In this document: piece after piece, positions 42,852-54,056 of the stretch
Layout: each line of letters starts with the position of its first letter
Position numbering within the stretch: the stretch's first letter is position 1
NCBI GenBank assembly: GCA_963728405.1
Contig: CAVSJV010000017.1
Span: forward strand, 398,139-462,138
Source: Methanomassiliicoccaceae archaeon
GTDB taxonomy: Archaea; Thermoplasmatota; Thermoplasmata; Methanomassiliicoccales; Methanomassiliicoccaceae
Length of the DNA: 64,000 nt
Direction: 5' to 3'
The notes under the pieces: model-generated
The model's input: only the letters and a program-made list of their open reading frames with translations
Databases searched by the model: none
What the model was told of the DNA's origin: nothing
Position numbers and translations under genes: made by a program

Positions 42852-43814
42852 TCATGCTATCAATATCACGACCAGATAGCTTAGGTAGGTGACCAGGAGA
42901 AGTGAGCCTGCCTTCCTGGTTATCCGCTCTCTGATCACCAGCAATCCCAGCAGACCCAGGATGAAGGCCGACATGATCACCAGGTTTATGAGTATGTCCG
43001 GCCCGGCGGTGTCGAAACCGGCGACCAGGGCGCCGATGCCGATGACGAAGAGGGAGTTGATGATGATGGTGCCCAGAACATTGCCGATGATAATGTCCGT
43101 CTCCCCTTTCTTTGAAGCGGTTATGCTGACCGTCAGCTCCGGGACCGTGGTACCGAAGGCGACGAGAGTGAGACCGATGGCCTCCTGGCTGACCCCCGCC
43201 GACCGGGCGATGCTCGCTGCGCCCTCGATGACCATTTGAGCGCCGACCGCCAGGAGGACGATCCCTACGATGGTGAACATCATCAACACCTTTCTCGAGC
43301 GGACCGTCCACCTGTTCGTCTCGATCAGCTCCTCCTCTTCCTCGAAGGCCAGGGGGCCACCATGACGGGAGCCCAGGTACAGAGTAAGGAAGAATAAGTT
43401 GAGGACCAGTAAGAGCAGGAGACCGTCCTTGAAATCGTATCTTCCGTCCAGGCCTAGGAACAATAGCATGAACAGAGCGACCACCAGGAAGACCACCTGT
43501 ATCACAACCATACGGAAGCGGACGATGATGGGCGCGATCAAAGCTGCCACCCCCAGCACCAGGCCCACGTTGGCGATATTGGCCCCGATAACATTGCTCA
43601 GGGATAGCGCGTTGGAGCCTTCCAATGACGAGATGAAGGAAAGGATAGCTTCCGGAGCGGACGTCCCCAACGCGACGATGGTCAGTCCGATAAACAGCCG
43701 GCTGATCCCTACCCTCATGGCCAGAGCGACGGCCCCCTCGACCAGCCATTTTCCTCCGTAGTACAGCAGGAAAAGCCCGGCCAGTAAAATGGAAAGGGAA
43801 AGCGGAAGGTCCAT
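42852..43814 (-). CDS. Calcium/sodium antiporter (YrbG/CaCA)
   Basis: Alpha repeats GTSAPE and GTTVPE, NVIGANI, GNVLG. Confidence 0.92.
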   Translation of the reverse strand: MDLPLSLSILLAGLFLLYYGGKWLVEGAVALAMRVGISRLFIGLTIVALGTSAPEAILSFISSLEGSNALSLSNVIGANIANVGLVLGVAALIAPIIVRFRMVVIQVVFLVVALFMLLFLGLDGRYDFKDGLLLLLVLNLFFLTLYLGSRHGGPLAFEEEEELIETNRWTVRSRKVLMMFTIVGIVLLAVGAQMVIEGAASIARSAGVSQEAIGLTLVAFGTTVPELTVSITASKKGETDIIIGNVLGTIIINSLFVIGIGALVAGFDTAGPDILINLVIMSAFILGLLGLLVIRERITRKAGSLLLVTYLSYLVVILIA

Positions 43815-43851
43815 CAGATGAACGAGGGAGGAGCTAGAAGAAATGCATTGC

Positions 43852-43998
43852 TCACTTGAACAGGAAGAACACTATCAATATGTAGCCCAGAACGAGCATG
43901 ACCAGAGAAATGATCCAGAAGTAGCGGAGGATACGTCCCCGCGCTACCGGGTCCTGGAAATGGAAAAATTGTTGAAAGAGTTGCTCAAGCGACTTCAA
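43852..43998 (-). CDS. Unannotated 48-aa single-TM protein at the end of the atp operon
   Basis: TTG start overlapping the atpD end with GAGG upstream; [48 protein letters not shown]; start codon uncertain. Confidence 0.55.
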   Translation of the reverse strand: MKSLEQLFQQFFHFQDPVARGRILRYFWIISLVMLVLGYILIVFFLFK

Positions 43999-44630
43999 CT
44001 TTAGCCTCAGCCTTGTCCTTGATGCGCTTCAGGCGGAAGGTGCTCTCCCTCTCCATCTCCTCGAGACGGAGCTCGATGAAGTCCTCGGCTTCCTGAAGCT
44101 CGGGAATGACCCTGAACTCGAGCGCATTGACACGCCTCTTGGTCTTCTCGATCTCGTCAAGGAGCTTCTTCATTGTGGTCTCGATCTCCGCTGCCTGGAC
44201 CAAGGTCTCCACTAGGTCTTCGAACGCCCTGGTGGCCTCGTCGATATAGGTCGAGGTCCCGATGACACCGTAGCCGCGCTGGTCCACAGTGCTCTTGAGC
44301 GCGTTGGTCTCGATCTCCGGGACCACCAAGCCCATGACAGTTCTTGGAGCGAAGGGTGACCTCGGGATGGAGGCGGAGGGCGAAGGCGGCCGAGCGGACA
44401 GCGATGGCGCCGTCCACGGCCTGGGCCACTCCGATCTTCCTCATGGCCTCGTCGTAATCCTTCACGACCTTGACGCGAACCTGCTTGGCCTGTTCGAGGA
44501 TCTTGAAGAACTCGATGATCAGGCCATCCCGCTTCATCTTGAGGATCTTGTAGCCTGACTGGGTCAGCTTCTTCCTCCGCTTGACCTCGAGCAGCTCGGA
44601 GCGGGTCGGCTTTACCTCCATCCGTGGCAT
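43985..44630 (-). CDS. atpD: A1Ao ATP synthase subunit D (frameshift near 44340)
   Basis: [15 protein letters not shown], then [15 protein letters not shown]. Confidence 0.95.
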
Positions 44631-44632
44631 CT

Positions 44633-46024
44633 TCACTCACTCTTTTTGTGGGCGGGGTGGTACTTCTCGATGTACTTCCGGTCGATCCTGGACAGTTGGT
44701 TCTCCGGTAGCATGGCCACCAGGTCCCAGGCGATCTCCAGGGTGGTCTCGATGTCGCGGTCCTCGTCGTGACCCTGCCTGACGAACTTGTTCTCGAAGGC
44801 GTCGGCGAAGTCAAGGAACCTGCGGTCCCTCTCCGACAATGATTCCTTTCCGACGATGGCGACAAGGCCCCTTAGGTCACGGCCCTCGGCGTAGGCAGCG
44901 TAGCATTGGTCAGAGACGGCCTTGTGGTCCTCCCTGGTGAGGCCCGGGCCGATACCGGCGTTCATCAGCCTGGACAGGGAAGCGCCCACGTTGATGGATG
45001 GATATATACCGGCGCGGTTCAGATCCCTGGATGCCACGATCTGGCCCTCAGTGATGTAACCGGTCAGGTCGGGGATGGGATGGGTGATATCATCACCAGG
45101 CATGGTCAGGATAGGGATCTGGGTGATCGAGCCCTTCTTCCCCTTGATCCTACCGGCCCTCTCGTACAGGGTGGCGAGGTCGGTGTACATGTACCCGGGA
45201 TAGCCACGTCGGCCAGGAACTTCTTCACGGGCCGCACCGATCTGCCTGAGCGCCTCACAGTAGTTGGTGATATCGGTCAGGATGACCAGCACGTGCATGT
45301 CCAGCTCGAAGGCGAGATATTCGGCGGTGGTGAGCGCCAACCTCGGAGTGATGATCCTCTCGATGGCGGGGTCATCGGCCAGGTTCATGAAGACCACGGC
45401 CCTCTTGAGCGCGCCGGTCCTCTCGAAGTCACCCATGAAGTACTGCGCCTCTTCGGCAGTGATGCCCATGGCGGCGAAGACGACGGCGAACTCCTCGTTG
45501 GAGCCGCGCACCTTGGCCTGACGAGCGATCTGCAGGGCGATGTCGTTGTGGGGCAGACCAGACCCAGAGAAGATGGGCAGCTTCTGCCCACGGACCAGGG
45601 TGTTCATCCCGTCGATGGACGAGATACCGGTCTGAATGAACTCTTTCGGTTCGGCCCGTGCCCACGGGTTGATGGCCGCGCCGTTGATGTCCAGGCGGTC
45701 CTCGGGCGTGATGGCCGGACCACCATCGATGGGGTCACCGGCTCCGTTAAGGATCCTGCCCAGCATATCGCGGGACACCGGCATCTTCATGGCCTCGCCG
45801 AGGAACTTAACCCCCGCGGCCCTCTCCACGCCAGCGGTCCCCTCGAACACCTGGATGACCACGTATTTACCGGAGGTGTCTAGCACCTGGCCCCTCTTCT
45901 GGGTACCGTCCGGCATGGTCACGGTGGCCAGCTCATTGTAGCCGACCGGCTCGGTCTTCTCTACGAACACCAGCGGACCGGCGATTTGCGAGATAGTACG
46001 ATATTCCTTGGAAACAATGCTCAT
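44633..46024 (-). CDS. atpB: A1Ao ATP synthase subunit B
   Basis: [36 protein letters not shown]. Confidence 0.98.
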   Translation of the reverse strand: MSIVSKEYRTISQIAGPLVFVEKTEPVGYNELATVTMPDGTQKRGQVLDTSGKYVVIQVFEGTAGVERAAGVKFLGEAMKMPVSRDMLGRILNGAGDPIDGGPAITPEDRLDINGAAINPWARAEPKEFIQTGISSIDGMNTLVRGQKLPIFSGSGLPHNDIALQIARQAKVRGSNEEFAVVFAAMGITAEEAQYFMGDFERTGALKRAVVFMNLADDPAIERIITPRLALTTAEYLAFELDMHVLVILTDITNYCEALRQIGAAREEVPGRRGYPGYMYTDLATLYERAGRIKGKKGSITQIPILTMPGDDITHPIPDLTGYITEGQIVASRDLNRAGIYPSINVGASLSRLMNAGIGPGLTREDHKAVSDQCYAAYAEGRDLRGLVAIVGKESLSERDRRFLDFADAFENKFVRQGHDEDRDIETTLEIAWDLVAMLPENQLSRIDRKYIEKYHPAHKKSE

Positions 46025-47754
46025 GCCTTACCCCCCAGGGCTTCGAACTGGCCGTCCATCTCCTTGGCGATGGCTTCCAGCTCCTGGTCGATGTTGTCCT
46101 CGTACTTTGACTTGGCCAGGCGGTTACGCACTGGGAGCTCTACGATGGCATCGACCGATACGTCGCTTTCCACAGACTTCTTGGCCAGGTCCGAGAAGCG
46201 CCTTATCAGCTTCATCATGGCATATTGTCTCGGCAGCGGGCAGTAGGTATCGACCTTGTGGTAAGCGTTCTGCTGCAGGAAGATCTCACGGATCATCCTT
46301 GCTACCTCCAGGGTCATCTTCTGCTCGTCAGGGAGAGCATCAGAACCGACCAGTTGCACGATTTCCTGAAGCTCGGCCTCACGCTGCAGGACCTCCATGG
46401 CCCATTGCCGTTGGGCTGGGAAATCATCCGCCACGTTCGTTCTGTACCATTTGTCCAGGTTGTTGGTGTACAGCGAGTATGAGGTCAGCCAGTTAATGGT
46501 CGGGAAGTGTCTCCTCTCACGGAGCTTGGAATCGAGCGCCCAGAACACCCGGACGATACGCAGGGTGTTCTGCGTGACCGGCTCGGACATGTCGCCGCCG
46601 GGCGGGGACACCGCTCCTACGACGGATACCGATCCAGTGGTACCGTTGGCGTTCTCTACACGGCCAGACCGCTCGTAGAACTCGGACAGTCTCGCCGACA
46701 GATACGCGGGGAAGCCTTCCTCACCGGGCATCTCTTCCAGCCTGGACGAGATCTCTCTCATGGCCTCGGCCCACCGAGAGGTGGAGTCGGCCATCAAGGA
46801 GACGTTATAGCCCATGTCACGGTAGTACTCGGCGATGGTCATGCCGGTATAGACGGACGCTTCACGCGCCGCCACGGGCATGTTGGAGGTGTTGGCGATG
46901 AGCACGGTCCTCTGCATGAGTGGCTCGCCGGTCCTAGGGTCCTCCAGCTCGGGGAAGGTCGCAAGCACCTCGGTCATCTCATTGCCACGCTCGCCGCATC
47001 CGATGTAGACGACGATCTCGGCGTCCGACCACTTGGCCAGCTGCTGCTGGGTGACCGTCTTGCCGGTACCGAACGCTCCGGGGATGGCCGCGGTGCCTCC
47101 CTGGGGCAGAGGGAACATGGTGTCCAGGACACGCTGTCCGGTCACCAGGGGAATGTCAGGAAGCAGCTTCTTGCCGAACGGGCGTCCACTCCGTACAGGC
47201 CACTTCTGAAGCATGGTGAGGTTTCGGCTGCCGATCGTAGCGATCGTCTCGTCGATGGTGAAGTCGCCCTCGGTGATGCTGCTCAGGATGCCGCTCACTC
47301 CAGGAGGCACCATGATCTTGTGGAGGATGTAGAACTCCTGGACGGTGCCGAGGACGGAGCCGGGGGTTACCTTGTCGCCCTTCTTGGCGGTGGGGGTGAA
47401 GTGCCACTTCTTCTTGTGGTCCAAGCCAGGAGCGCTGACGCCCCTCTTGATATAGTCACCCATGTTCTGCATCAAGACTGGCAGGGGCCTTTGGATACCA
47501 TCGTACACGCTGGTCAGCAGGCCAGGGCCGAGTTCGGCCACCAGGGGCTGAGCGGTGTCGATGACCTTCTCGCCAGGTCGCAACCCGGAGGTCTCCTCGT
47601 AGACCTGAATGATCGTCTTGTCGCCGTCGATCTTGATGACCTCACCCATCAGGCCTTCTTCTCCCACTTGCATGATATCATACATCTTGGGAGAGATCCC
47701 GGTCGCGGTCACCACTGGTCCGGCTACCCTGTAGATCTCACCTTGCTTCGCCAT
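46021..47754 (-). CDS. atpA: A1Ao ATP synthase subunit A
   Basis: [29 protein letters not shown]; no intein. Confidence 0.98.
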   Translation of the reverse strand: MAKQGEIYRVAGPVVTATGISPKMYDIMQVGEEGLMGEVIKIDGDKTIIQVYEETSGLRPGEKVIDTAQPLVAELGPGLLTSVYDGIQRPLPVLMQNMGDYIKRGVSAPGLDHKKKWHFTPTAKKGDKVTPGSVLGTVQEFYILHKIMVPPGVSGILSSITEGDFTIDETIATIGSRNLTMLQKWPVRSGRPFGKKLLPDIPLVTGQRVLDTMFPLPQGGTAAIPGAFGTGKTVTQQQLAKWSDAEIVVYIGCGERGNEMTEVLATFPELEDPRTGEPLMQRTVLIANTSNMPVAAREASVYTGMTIAEYYRDMGYNVSLMADSTSRWAEAMREISSRLEEMPGEEGFPAYLSARLSEFYERSGRVENANGTTGSVSVVGAVSPPGGDMSEPVTQNTLRIVRVFWALDSKLRERRHFPTINWLTSYSLYTNNLDKWYRTNVADDFPAQRQWAMEVLQREAELQEIVQLVGSDALPDEQKMTLEVARMIREIFLQQNAYHKVDTYCPLPRQYAMMKLIRRFSDLAKKSVESDVSVDAIVELPVRNRLAKSKYEDNIDQELEAIAKEMDGQFEALGGKA

Positions 47755-47756
47755 TT

Positions 47757-48065
47757 TTAATCCCTCTCAGTCTTGTATAGATCAACGCCAATCGCGCGCT
47801 TCACTTTCTCTCTCAGGTCGCCTTCCTCTCCGCCTACCGGAACCACGACCGGGGAAATGCTCTCCATCGCCCTCTTTCGAGAGAGGGGAGAGACTTTGGA
47901 CAGGTCAGCTGAATGAATTGCTAGGATACCGATGGAAGAATCGGCCACGAGCTCGAGCAGCTTAGTCTCGAACTCGTTCGACTGGACCGCGTAGACCCGC
48001 CTTATCCCAGAAAGGCGGAAGCCCAGCACGAACTCCTCTGTTCCCAATACCGCGAACTCCATCAT
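47757..48065 (-). CDS. atpF: A1Ao ATP synthase subunit F
   Basis: AVLG...FVLGFRLSG, KRAIGVDL. Confidence 0.93.
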   Translation of the reverse strand: MMEFAVLGTEEFVLGFRLSGIRRVYAVQSNEFETKLLELVADSSIGILAIHSADLSKVSPLSRKRAMESISPVVVPVGGEEGDLREKVKRAIGVDLYKTERD

Positions 48066-49123
48066 ATCACCAGCAGCTTCTTGATCGTATCAGCATCCAT
48101 TCCCGTGGCTTTTCCGCGGGCGATGGTGCGCAGGTTATCCACTTCAATCTTCTTGCGAATGATATAGTCAATGATGGGAAGCACCGACAACGGATAGAGG
48201 TGGGAGAACTTCTCCGACTGCTTGGCCTGGTATCTTTGAAGGCTGAGCATCACGTCGTTCAGGGATCCGGTCTTCTTAGCCGTATCCAGCGCTTCCTTGA
48301 TCGCTTCGTAGAAGGGCAGCTTAGCGAGGTCCTCCAGCATCTGCTCGAAATTCTCGGCAGAGGCCAGTCGGGTTAATTCCCTGACGTCCAGATCGTGCCC
48401 ACCCTCGATGAAATAGGGCCGGACCTTATCGACGGTCAGGCCAGCCTGTTTGAGCTTCAGAAGGGTCCTCAGGTTGATGATGTCGATCTCCCTCTCGATG
48501 TAAGAGAGGAATAGCCGGCGGGGCTTGCCCTTGGGCTGAACCGCCTCCAGCAACCTAGTATAGTAAAGCTTGTCGAGGAAGTCCTCGATAGGGGCGAGGT
48601 TCCCGCCCTTCTCGTAGGCCGCCATGACGTCCTCGGGGATGACGATGTCCTGCTTCTTGTGCAGGGCTTCGATTATCTCCATCGGTCCGTCCATCGCCAC
48701 CAAGGACAGCAAGTACTCCTCGCTAAGGCTGCCCGCGGGGACCAGGTCCTCCTGGATCTCCTCGAGACTTGCATTGGAGAACTTGCCACGCAGGATGGTC
48801 TTGATGTTCCAGAAATCCCAGCGGCGCAGATAGGCCGCTAGGAGGTCTTTGAGATCCCCGTTGCTGAAATCGATGATGCTCCGATAGGTCCGGGCCAGGT
48901 TGACCGAAGTGCCGAGCTCTAACAGATTTACCCCCGAATATTTGGAGGCCAGCTCGACCATCTCTGCTTTGTACTGCGTCTCGCCCAGGAACCTGCTTAT
49001 CTCGTTGAGGTCCATCATCATCAACTTGGGGTAGTTGTCCTTGGTCAACAGGTGGGCCTTCTTCGCTTTGACCCTTGCTGTGGCGTAGGAGTAGTTCCCC
49101 CGGTTGCGGCCTAGTCCGAACAT
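48062..49123 (-). CDS. atpC: A1Ao ATP synthase subunit C
   Basis: YSYATARVKA, WDFWNIKTILR, EVDNLRTIARG. Confidence 0.93.
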   Translation of the reverse strand: MFGLGRNRGNYSYATARVKAKKAHLLTKDNYPKLMMMDLNEISRFLGETQYKAEMVELASKYSGVNLLELGTSVNLARTYRSIIDFSNGDLKDLLAAYLRRWDFWNIKTILRGKFSNASLEEIQEDLVPAGSLSEEYLLSLVAMDGPMEIIEALHKKQDIVIPEDVMAAYEKGGNLAPIEDFLDKLYYTRLLEAVQPKGKPRRLFLSYIEREIDIINLRTLLKLKQAGLTVDKVRPYFIEGGHDLDVRELTRLASAENFEQMLEDLAKLPFYEAIKEALDTAKKTGSLNDVMLSLQRYQAKQSEKFSHLYPLSVLPIIDYIIRKKIEVDNLRTIARGKATGMDADTIKKLLVI

Positions 49124-49141
49124 TGCTTCACCTAGATATGC

Positions 49142-49699
49142 TCACCCGAACAGGGTGTTCGAAATCGTTTTCTGTTCCCGATCCCAGATGCTCTCCAGAA
49201 TGTTCTTGAATCGGAAGTCTAGACGGACCGAGCCGTCCTCGTTCTCCAGGATCAGGCCGGATTCCATGTCGGTCTCGGTGAGCGATTCACATCCCCGCAG
49301 ACCGGCGAGCAGATCGGCCTCTCCCTTGGGACAGAAGACCTTGGGTTTGTGGATGACCTTCTTGCCATCGATCAAGATCTTCTTGTAGAGAGCGGACTTT
49401 TCCTTGGGATCCATTGTGGAGAGCTCACGGAGCATCTCGTCGAAGGTCCGGTTCAGGATGTCCTTCCTCTTGTTCAGCACGATCTTCTTCGCCTCCAGTT
49501 CCGCACTGGAGAGCTCCTGCCTTCCCATTCTCATGAGGGCGTCCTGGAGCTCCTTCTCCTCGACCTTTCGCATCTTTTCGATCTTCTGGTCGGTCTCTAG
49601 GAGAATCTTCGCTCTTTCCTTCTCTGCCTCCTGGATACGCTGGTCGGCTTCCTTCCTTGCGTCCTCCAGGATATCGTTAGCTACCTTGTCCAGTGCCAT
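49142..49699 (-). CDS. atpE: A1Ao ATP synthase subunit E
   Basis: Coiled-coil N-terminus, GLILENEDG...D; operon position. Confidence 0.9.
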   Translation of the reverse strand: MALDKVANDILEDARKEADQRIQEAEKERAKILLETDQKIEKMRKVEEKELQDALMRMGRQELSSAELEAKKIVLNKRKDILNRTFDEMLRELSTMDPKEKSALYKKILIDGKKVIHKPKVFCPKGEADLLAGLRGCESLTETDMESGLILENEDGSVRLDFRFKNILESIWDREQKTISNTLFG

Positions 49700-49727
49700 G
49701 AGCCAGCCTCTTCTTGCTGACTCGTGC

Positions 49728-49952
49728 TCACATGTTGAGCCAGAGCAGGATAGCTACGACCAGGCCAAAGATAACGATGGTCTCAGGGATAACCGTAAGG
49801 ATCAGACCCTTACCGAAGAGCTTCTCGTCCTCGGCCATTGCACCTACCGCGGCTGCACCGATACTTGCCTCGGCGATAGCCGACGCAATGCCTGCAATAC
49901 CTACAGCCAGTCCTGCTCCAATCGCAATCAATCCACTGCCTATGTCTGCCAT
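49728..49952 (-). CDS. atpK: A1Ao ATP synthase subunit K (c), single hairpin
   Basis: Two TM helices, AIAE...IPET. Confidence 0.95.
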   Translation of the reverse strand: MADIGSGLIAIGAGLAVGIAGIASAIAEASIGAAAVGAMAEDEKLFGKGLILTVIPETIVIFGLVVAILLWLNM

Positions 49953-49955
49953 TTC

Positions 49956-52010
49956 TTATTCCTCCATTGTATGCTTTCTCTTTACTTTAAGCGGATCGTA
50001 CTCCAATCCGCCGCCTTCATAGAACTTTGTGAAGAGCTCGACATACTGCAACCTAATGCCATGCAGTCCAGCCGAGATTATCGCCAGGATGAAGATCATC
50101 AGATGCCCTACAACAAAGATGAGCAGAGCAACTATGAGCATTATCCCTCCTCCTGGCGCGATCATTTCTAAGGCGATGAAGTTGAAGGCCAGAGCCATTC
50201 CGGCCTTCGACATCCCAATGGCCGCAAGCCTGGTGTAAGATAACACATTGCTCAAGACCTCGGGAAGTTCAACGAGAGCCTTTCCTCCCTCCCCTTTGAC
50301 CGCCAATACTATGCCACCTAACAGGAGCACCAGACCAATCAAGAACTCCGGTCTGGTGAACTCCAGGGGCATGCCCTTGATCAGCACATCAATCATCACG
50401 ATCAAGAGGAAGGCGAAGCCGACCATGATCATGATCCAGGAGAACTTCTCCGTCACCGCGTGCTTCAATCCATGCCTCATGAGGATGTTGTAGAAGCCCA
50501 GGCTTAGGCCGACCAGCAGGTGGAATATACCGATCCATAGGGTCCCGTAGAGCAGTATCTTCACATCGCCCAGCTTGCTGAAGTAGCCCAGCTGGACCGG
50601 GAAGTTACCGATATCGAACAAAACCCTGGGCAAGTTGGTTCCCAGCAGGGCGTTCCAGGAAAGTTCCTCGGCCGACCTGGACACAAACTCGATGCCCAGC
50701 ATGTCCCCATATAGGAACACGCCAAAGAAGATGGCCCATATGCCACCGTAGAATAGCATGGTGGAGATGGCGCGCCATTCCTTGGCCTTGGTCTTTCTAA
50801 GGCCAAGCCAGCCCAGAACGATAAAGGGGATACCGTAACCGACGTCCCCTACCATAAAGCCGAAGAATAGCGGGAAGAAGATGAAGATGGTGATGGTGGG
50901 GTCGATCTCGTTGTAGCGAGGCGTGGAGAGCAACTTAGTGTAGAATGAGAACCGGCCTACCGTTTTGCCGTGTCCCATCTTTACCGGGGTCTCTTCGGAA
51001 AGGGGCACCGAGACCTCCTCGATGGTTTCCATTCCTGCCTCCATCTTGAGTTCTTCCTTGGTCTCGTGGTGCTCCACCCTTGCCTTGTCCTCCAGGCGCT
51101 CGACATAGATGTTGTCCTGGAATTTGTCAGTGAAGGCCTCGGAGACCTTGTCAAAGTCCGAGGTGGGGACCCAGGCCTCGAGGACGAAGGAGTGCTCGGT
51201 GGCGCCCATCCTGAGGGGCAGCTCGGCCTTCTCCACCACGATGCTCAAGTATTCCTCGGACGCAAGAATGAAATTGGCGTGCTTCTCGCGGAGCTGCTCG
51301 AGGTTCTTGTTGACCTCCTCCAGTTCCTTGTTCAGGGTCTCGATCTCCGCATCGAGGGCCTTGACCAGCTCGTCAGGCTTGCCCTTTCCGTCAGGGACCG
51401 GGGCCTCTGTGAAACCGCTCTGGGCCAATACACGCTGGGCCTCGTCCGCCCGCTTGATGGGGACGAACAGCACCATGAATGTGCCCTCTGTGTTGGTAAA
51501 GATCTCGTACTCGTTCTGAAGGGCGTCCTTGATTGCCGCTTCAGGGTTCGTGCGTACGTGACCGGCGAAAACGTCAATGGTCTGGTAGCCCTTGTACATA
51601 GAAAGGTCCAGATCGATGGCCCGGAAGGGCTCCAGGGACTGCTTCTTCGACTCCGCTTCGGCCAGGCGGACCTGCTTGGCGGACTTGGAGTTCACCGTCC
51701 CCAGCATCTCGGTCTCGATATCGTTCATCGAGGTTTCCAGCTGGGGAACGATCTTGCTCTCAGGGATCTTTTGCTTGAACTTGGCCGCTGTGTTGACCTC
51801 CAGGTCCTTTTCCATGGAGCGCAGCTTCAGGAGCTTATGGGAGGCATCCGAGGCGGCCGCCAAAGGCGAGCCGAGGGTGAAGCCTTCCTCGTCCGGGGAG
51901 AAATCTACGACATGGACGTTCTGAAGGCTGTACAGAAGCTCTATAGCGGCCGGCAACCTATCTTTGGTGCCAACGACCAAGATCCTACTCATGGGTTCCG
52001 GTAGCAGCAT
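49956..52010 (-). CDS. atpI: A1Ao ATP synthase subunit I (a)
   Basis: EIDPT, GFMVGDVGYG, SYTRL, LHGIRLQYVE. Confidence 0.96.
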   Translation of the reverse strand: MLLPEPMSRILVVGTKDRLPAAIELLYSLQNVHVVDFSPDEEGFTLGSPLAAASDASHKLLKLRSMEKDLEVNTAAKFKQKIPESKIVPQLETSMNDIETEMLGTVNSKSAKQVRLAEAESKKQSLEPFRAIDLDLSMYKGYQTIDVFAGHVRTNPEAAIKDALQNEYEIFTNTEGTFMVLFVPIKRADEAQRVLAQSGFTEAPVPDGKGKPDELVKALDAEIETLNKELEEVNKNLEQLREKHANFILASEEYLSIVVEKAELPLRMGATEHSFVLEAWVPTSDFDKVSEAFTDKFQDNIYVERLEDKARVEHHETKEELKMEAGMETIEEVSVPLSEETPVKMGHGKTVGRFSFYTKLLSTPRYNEIDPTITIFIFFPLFFGFMVGDVGYGIPFIVLGWLGLRKTKAKEWRAISTMLFYGGIWAIFFGVFLYGDMLGIEFVSRSAEELSWNALLGTNLPRVLFDIGNFPVQLGYFSKLGDVKILLYGTLWIGIFHLLVGLSLGFYNILMRHGLKHAVTEKFSWIMIMVGFAFLLIVMIDVLIKGMPLEFTRPEFLIGLVLLLGGIVLAVKGEGGKALVELPEVLSNVLSYTRLAAIGMSKAGMALAFNFIALEMIAPGGGIMLIVALLIFVVGHLMIFILAIISAGLHGIRLQYVELFTKFYEGGGLEYDPLKVKRKHTMEE

Positions 52011-52329
52011 CTAACGTCCTCTCGAAGTTTTCTTTGATCATGAGCTTTGCTTTAGGGATGCGTTCGACGGCCTTGGCTTCTATCTTTGCGGCGTCCTCGT
52101 TGCCCTTCTTGAGAAGCTCGTCCCTCTTAGTAGCGAGGGCCTTCCTCTCTTGGGCGAGCGCGGACTCGGTCTTGGCCTTGAGATCGATCTCGGCCTTCTG
52201 CGACCTTTCTACCGCTTCTCTACGAGCGGCGGTGAGAATGCTTCTTTGCTTCTCATCTGCCTGCTCTAGCGCCTGCTTTGCCTTGACCTCAGCATCTCTT
52301 ATTTGGAGAAGTGTTTCAGCTTTGCCCAC
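51985..52329 (-). CDS. atpH: A1Ao ATP synthase subunit H (G)
   Basis: Ala/Glu/Lys-rich helix from a GTG start; first gene of the operon. Confidence 0.85.
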   Translation of the reverse strand: MGKAETLLQIRDAEVKAKQALEQADEKQRSILTAARREAVERSQKAEIDLKAKTESALAQERKALATKRDELLKKGNEDAAKIEAKAVERIPKAKLMIKENFERTLDAATGTHE

Positions 52330-52495
52330 AGAACTCTCTCCGGAAGGTTTGACCAGTATAGACTCGTGATATTTAAAGAGTTGTGAATTACTGCCTGGCC
52401 CATGGTTTCGCCAGCCTAACAATTGAGAATGAAAATTGCACTGCTATAAAGCGTTTATCTCGTGAGGTTTTTCCGAGGCATATTAGGAAGAGCGT

Positions 52496-52957
52496 TCAAT
52501 GCTCCTCGCAGGGGCCACTATAGCGGCGGACCACCACCTTGCTTTCCTCAAGCACCTGACGGGACAGCTCGTCGACGTATTCATCCTTGTAGATGATCTC
52601 CTTGATGCCGGCATTGACCAGAATCTTGGCGCACATCACGCAGGGGAAGTTTGTCGTGTAGATTGTGGAGTCCTTGATGCTGACCCCGAAATAAGCGGCC
52701 TGGATGACCGCGTTCTGCTCGGCGTGCACGCCCCTGCACAGCTCATGCCGGGTCCCCGACTCTATCTTGTTCTCCAGCCGGACGCAGCCGACCTCGGCGC
52801 AGTGCCTCAGCCCCTTGGGGGCCCCATTATAGCCGGTCGTGAGCACGCGCTTCTCCTTGACCACCACTGCCCCCACGTTGCGCCGGAGGCAGGACGATCG
52901 AGTGGCGACAAGCTCGGCCATTCGCATGAAGTAGGTGTCGTTGTCCGGCCTGCTCAT
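52496..52957 (-). CDS. dCMP deaminase family (ComEB-like)
   Basis: RSSCLRR.VGA, GYNG, HAEQNA, PCVMC. Confidence 0.92.
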   Translation of the reverse strand: MSRPDNDTYFMRMAELVATRSSCLRRNVGAVVVKEKRVLTTGYNGAPKGLRHCAEVGCVRLENKIESGTRHELCRGVHAEQNAVIQAAYFGVSIKDSTIYTTNFPCVMCAKILVNAGIKEIIYKDEYVDELSRQVLEESKVVVRRYSGPCEEH

Positions 52958-53093
52958 GAGGGAGCGATTTGCGGTCGCCCATATCTAACTTGTCATCCCG
53001 CCTTTGACGGAACGATTCATCGTCATCCTTCCACGGGCCCCAGTCATTCCTGCCTGTATGAAGATCGGAGTTCCTGGCGACAGCATTTATAAT

Positions 53094-54056
53094 ATGGATT
53101 GCCTTTGTGCGGCTGTGCCCCCGGGGGAGAAACGAAAAAAGAGTTTTCTATCATCGATCAAGGCCTTCATCATCGCCCCCTTGATATTCCTCATCGTTCT
53201 CGGGGCGGTGTTCGCCTACAGTGGAGTGTGGCCGCCCCTGGTCGTCATCGAGTCCAAGAGCATGCAGCACGGGGTGGACAGCTACATAGGGGTCATCGAC
53301 ACGGGGGACATCGTCATAGTCAAGCAGATCAGCTCCCTGAACGATGTCACCTCATACATGGACGCCGTCCCCAACGGCTTCTCCACCTATAGCGAACTAG
53401 GGGACGTGGTGATCTATTATAAATCAGGTATGGACAAACCCATCATACACCGGGCCATCTGTAACCTGGTGTACAACTCCACTGGTGGGGGCTTCGATAT
53501 ACCGGCGCTGGAGAACGTCCCGAGCTGGATGTGGTCGGTGCCCGGGGGCGAGGGGGCATGGTGGAACCTGAAGGACACCGTTGAGCTGCACGGCATCGGC
53601 TATGCCAACGCCACGGTGGTCATCGAACTGGACACCATGCTGAGCTACATGACCGCTCGCGGCACGCCCCACGGCGGCCTCATCACCATGGGGGACAATA
53701 ACTGGTACTACGGCCCTAACGGCACTGTGCTGGGGAAGTACGACCAGAAGTGGATCAGCACGGTGAAGGAACCGATCAAGGCCGAGTGGGTGATCGGCAA
53801 GGCCCGTGGGGAGCTGCCGTGGTTCGGCCTGTTGAAGCTCTATGCCACGGGAAGCGCCCCATCATACACGCCTAAGAACAGCCAGACCGACCTCATCATC
53901 AGCCTCGCCCTCATCGTCGGGGTGCCGGTCGCTTTGGACCTCTCCAACTCGCTGTTGAAGCGCAGGGGCATAGAGATGTTCGGATGGACCCGCCGCCTGA
54001 GCCCTCGCCGCCTGTGGGACCGCTCCGGGAAAGGAAAGGAAAAGCCGCCCACCTGA
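53094..54056 (+). CDS. S26-family signal peptidase I (archaeal Sec11-like)
   Basis: TM followed by ESKSM, GD, PIIHRA, TMGDNN. Confidence 0.85.
   Translation: MDCLCAAVPPGEKRKKSFLSSIKAFIIAPLIFLIVLGAVFAYSGVWPPLVVIESKSMQHGVDSYIGVIDTGDIVIVKQISSLNDVTSYMDAVPNGFSTYSELGDVVIYYKSGMDKPIIHRAICNLVYNSTGGGFDIPALENVPSWMWSVPGGEGAWWNLKDTVELHGIGYANATVVIELDTMLSYMTARGTPHGGLITMGDNNWYYGPNGTVLGKYDQKWISTVKEPIKAEWVIGKARGELPWFGLLKLYATGSAPSYTPKNSQTDLIISLALIVGVPVALDLSNSLLKRRGIEMFGWTRRLSPRRLWDRSGKGKEKPPT

Noticed and set aside
44330-44350. Programmed frameshifting in atpD, cdc48 or hflX
   Set aside because: No slippery heptamer or stimulatory structure is visible, and indels are widespread, so sequencing error is simpler.
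44906-47760. Long antisense ORFs over atpA/atpB (similarly over ahcY, tiaS and the P-type ATPase)
   Set aside because: Shadow ORFs expected from high GC at third codon positions.
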